This document shows positions 60,340 to 64,000 of a stretch of DNA of 64,000 bases, one piece after another (the first letter of the stretch is position 1; every line of letters begins with the position of its first letter). The notes beneath the pieces were generated by a model that had not been told where the DNA came from, did not search any database, and was given only the letters and a program-made list of their open reading frames with translations. Both the position numbers and the translations under genes were made by a program. This DNA comes from Protoeuglena noctilucae (taxonomy: Eukaryota), in the NCBI GenBank assembly GCA_958009085.1, contig OY253673.1, forward strand, positions 1,054,001 through 1,118,000. The letters run 5' to 3'.

Positions 60340-62788
60340 ATGCAGGTGCGCCCAGCACCCTGCGCCCCAGAGCGTTGGGATCGCACTGGCATGCCTCGTG
60401 CACGTTCCACGGACAGCGCCGGATGTTGCAGCGCTGCAGCCCCGATCCATCTCGCGCGGTTTGGGGCAGCGCTCCGTGCAGCCTTGCAGACGCCTGGGGC
60501 CGCCCGATGGCCGCCGTTGCGGGGCCCCCGGGGCAGCTGGCGCTTTCTCTCAGGCTCACTCTGCCAGCACCGGCGCTGGCTGCCCGACGATCTCGCCTTC
60601 TGCGATGATGAGGCCACGCCAGCCACTGTGCCTGCAGGCCCTCCGCCCCGCCCCCGCGGGCTGCCCGGCGCGGTCCCGGGCTCCACTTCCGGGGACGCAG
60701 CATTCCTCGCTCAAGCGCACCGTGGCCAAGGCCAGCGCCTTCAACCAGCGCGACGTGCAGGATCCTGCAGCTGTGACGGTGCGGAGAGACATTCGCCGTC
60801 ACGCCGCATCCCGCGCCGGCCCGCCGCGCAGCGCGCCGCCAGCTTGTGACCGAGTCCGCGTTGCGCTCCCGCAGTCGCACATCGCGCGCCTGACGGCGCC
60901 GTCGGCGCAGGAGCGGGCCGTGCAGACGGATCCCTTCAACGGGTCCATGCCGGCCAAGATCAAGGTCATTGGGTGCGGCGGGGGGGGCTCAAACGCCGTC
61001 AACCGCATGGCGAAGTCGGGGATCAAGTGAGGATGCTGTGGCTCCGGAGCCCAACTCACTGTGGCACTGCCCTGTCAACTGCACATATGCATTTGGACTG
61101 GCAGCTTCATCCCGGCCGCTTCCCGCCCCGCGCAGGGGCGTGGGTCTGTACGTGCTGAACACGGATGCGCAGGCGCTGGCGGCCGCGGAGGTCCCTCAGC
61201 AGAACCGGCTGCAGATCGGGCGGGAGCTGACGCGCGGGCTGGGTGCAGGTGGCAACCCGGAGATTGGGATGGCGGCGGCGAGGGAGTCAAAAGAGCAAAT
61301 CTCAAAGGTCATTCAGGGTGAGCGGTACTGCTAGTGACATTTTGAGGGGTTAAACTTCGAGTCCTGGTGTCGACCTAGTGTCACACATATGCCACGTGAC
61401 AGCGGTGGTGGTGTGAGCGGCGTGACCCTGGCCCGCCACGTTGCAGGGTGCGACATGGTGTTCGTGACGGCGGGCATGGGCGGCGGCACGGGGTCCGGGT
61501 CTGCCCCCGAGGTGGCGCGCCAGGCCAAGGGCATGGGCATCCTGACGGTGGGCATTGTGACGCTGCCGTTCACGTTCGAGGGGCGCCTGCGCCGGCAGCA
61601 GGCCCTCGACGCGGTCAACCGCCTCCGCGAGGCCGTGGACACCATCATCGTCGTCCCCAACGACAAGCTCCTCCAGACAGGCGAGACCTGCGCCAGCCCT
61701 TGTTTTGTCGAGGATGACAGGGCGTGCGTGCGTGCGAACGAAGACCTATGCACGTGCCCACGCAAGGTCTACACACCTAGTTTGTCGCCCATGAACTTTC
61801 GGACCATTCTTGACACCCGTGGCACCTGTCATCAGCATCGTGACCACCCACATGTGACTGCGAGGCGGCGTATCTTTGGGTCCGAGGCTCTGACCCCCTG
61901 TCGCTCGCCACCCCTTTCGCGCAGTGCCGGGCGACGTGTCGGTGATGGATGCGTTCAAGATGGCCGACGCGGTGCTGCAGTCGGGCGTCCGCGGCATCAG
62001 CGACATCATCCAGCTGCCGGGTCTTGTCAACGTAGACTTTGCCGACGTCAAGACCATCATGACCAACGCCGGCACGGCGCTCATGGGGCAGGGGGTCGCG
62101 TCGGGGAAGGGACGGGCCGCGGAGGCTGCGAGGGCGGCGCTCAGGTGAGCGCTTGCGACACGAGCGCATGTGTGCGCATGTGTTATACCAACGCCAGCGT
62201 GACACGTGCTGCCACCCTGGCCTGTGATCTTATCACCACCCGCGCTTGCCCCCGCAGCTCGCCGCTGCTGGACGTGGACATCGGCACGGCCACGGGCATC
62301 GTGTGGAACATCACGGGGCCCAGGGACATGACCCTGTTCGAGGTACGCGGTTGGGCTGCATGCTGAGATGGGTAGCGATAGATACTAGATAGGGGTAGCA
62401 CATGGGATAGAAATAGCACATTCCCTTGCCTCGCGTCACACTCGCTTCACGACCCTCTCTCTGCCCCAGCACGTAGTATCACGCCTGCCCGCCCCACCCT
62501 CGCCCGCACCCTCGCCCGCAGGTGAACAGCGCCGCCGAGGTCATCTACTCGGCAGTCTCCCCTGACACCAACATCATCTTCGGCGCTGGCGAGGACAACA
62601 CCTCGGGCACCGTGACGGTCACCCTCATAGCCACGGGCATTCGGCCCGACACGCCCATCACGGCCGCCCCGACCGCGTCGATGGCCCGGCCCATGGGCGC
62701 CCAGCCCAGCCAGCCGCCGCCGGCCTCCGCCCCTCCCAGGCAGCAGGGCGGGGGCATCCAGGTGCCCCGTTTCCTGCGCAGGAACTGA
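60340..62788 (+). CDS. FTSZ: Plastid division protein FtsZ (FtsZ2-like, retains C-terminal core motif)
   Basis: [39 protein letters not shown], signature [28 protein letters not shown], and C-terminal [10 protein letters not shown]. The first coding exon is only ATGCAG (60340-60345), followed by a transit-like exon from ~60553. Confidence 0.96.
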
Positions 62789-63354
62789 CACAGAGACTGA
62801 CAGAGAAACTGACAGCCTGACTGTGTCTGTGCATGGGCGACCTGATGACATCTTTGCCTGATATCTCAGCCAGGCTCACCGGGCTAGGCCCCGGGGGAGT
62901 AGTCTGACCAGAGATCGGCCGTTCAGTAAGAGCCTTGCAGATCTTTGTTTGAAAGTTCAAGACGCGTGGAGTGCTGGCAAGCGACACAGCACGTGAAAAC
63001 TATAATTATCCCAGCCATTGCACAACTGTAGATAACGGTCACGGGCACAGCGCACGTCACGCAGCCAAGGCATTCGGGAATCTACGAACACGTGTTGGTC
63101 GCGTGGGCATCCACACAGGCATGACTATGCTAGCCGCTCCAGTCACGAGCACAATCATGACACGCCACATCTACAGCCACCTTCTTGGCTCACGCTGCCC
63201 ATATCACAGTCACTGCAACGTGCTCCCCACGCTGCCCTGTAATATCCACCCCTGCACATCTGCGCACCATTCTTAAGGCCTTTCCGCCCACCAGCAGTCC
63301 CCCAATGGCCATGGACAGCGATGTTGTGGTGGACCATCGCTACCATTGCCATCG

Positions 63355-63892
63355 TCACACGTTCGCCTCCGCAGCCGCGTTGGCTGGCTTGACAGGGAAG
63401 CCCCCCTCGTGCTCCAGCGGCCTTGGGTGCACGTGGGTCAGCAGCCACTCAGGCGTGTACTGGGCGCTGGGTCCCATCAGGTCCTCCGGCCACTGCGTAT
63501 CCTTCATGAACCGTTCCATGAACCAGAGCGACGTGGTCCACTCGTCGTGGCCAGTCGCGACCTGAGCCCCGGTCTCGGGCTTGGGCCGCTTGGCGCACCA
63601 AGCGCGTATGGCGCGTGCCTCCAGCCACTCTGACAGGACGTAGAGCACGATCGCGATGCCCCAGGCGACGGCCTCCGACACGATGACGCCCTGGAAGTAG
63701 GACTTGGCAAAGAGGGCCTTGTCGTGCGCGTTGGGGTGCGTGGAGGTGATGACGACCGAGGTGTAGATGACAGAGACGAGGAGGATGACGAAGAGGGAGG
63801 TGAAGAGGAAGCCCTTGCTGGCGCACTCGCCGCACCGCTCCACGTCGAAACCCTCGCTTGTGCAGCAGCACTCCCCACAGCACTTGCTGCAC
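63355..63892 (-). CDS. Last exon of an unknown membrane protein (gene continues beyond the window)
   Basis: Acceptor at 63893-63895. Cys-rich CSKCCGECCC..CGEC followed by two hydrophobic segments (FLFTSLFVILLVSVIYTSVVI and GVIVSEAVAWGIAIVLYVL). Strong GC3 codon bias. Stop TGA at 63357-63355. Confidence 0.75.
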
Positions 63893-64000
63893 CTGAGATG
63901 GCGGGGCGGGGGTCGTGCGAGGTCAGGCGGGTGCGCGTGTAAGTTGGAGAAACGGACCGGGGTGGATGCGCAGAGGTGGGCGTGGCAGCGGGGATGAGGG

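Noticed and set aside
2636..62521. Introner-type transposon-derived intron family
   Set aside because: Introns do not share extended sequence with one another. The repeats found are local to each junction rather than dispersed.
60340..62788. Bacterial contamination suggested by FtsZ, PSP and YkgJ
   Set aside because: All three have spliceosomal introns and transit-like leaders and match the flanking composition.
1..64000. Alternative genetic code (TAA/TAG = Gln, as in some ulvophytes), suggested by most genes ending in TGA
   Set aside because: No in-frame TAA/TAG was needed in any conserved exon, and PSP ends in TAG at the expected C-terminus. High GC explains the TGA preference.

Overview
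This is GC-rich, intron-dense eukaryotic nuclear DNA. It is most likely from a green alga (inference from plastid-type FtsZ and phosphoserine phosphatase with transit-peptide-like N-termini, a plant-type GATA finger and a CW-SET protein). Joining exons by hand across GT/GC..AG junctions gives 15 protein-coding genes: ABCE1 (5' part outside the window), a PGP/SHIPPO-repeat ciliary-type protein, a GATA factor, an unknown helical-repeat protein, a YkgJ/CxxCxxCC protein, an NT-C2 + long coiled-coil protein, a Cdc15/MAP3K-epsilon-like kinase, a CW-SET (ASHH2/SETD2-like) methyltransferase, KNL2/M18BP1, a Kelch + Ig/PH-like protein, SMC6, an RMI1_N/TDRD3-like protein, phosphoserine phosphatase, FtsZ and a partial membrane protein. 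No rRNA, tRNA, CRISPR array or transposase was recognised. The most striking signals concern splicing. (1) About 21 frame-supported GC-AG introns occur among roughly 130. (2) About 15 exon-intron junctions are tandemly duplicated ('echoed') into the adjacent intron. (3) Introns have G-rich 5' halves and complementary C-rich, CTCAC-rich 3' halves. (4) One intron apparently needs an AT donor. All gene models are manual and lack RNA evidence, and several start codons are uncertain.
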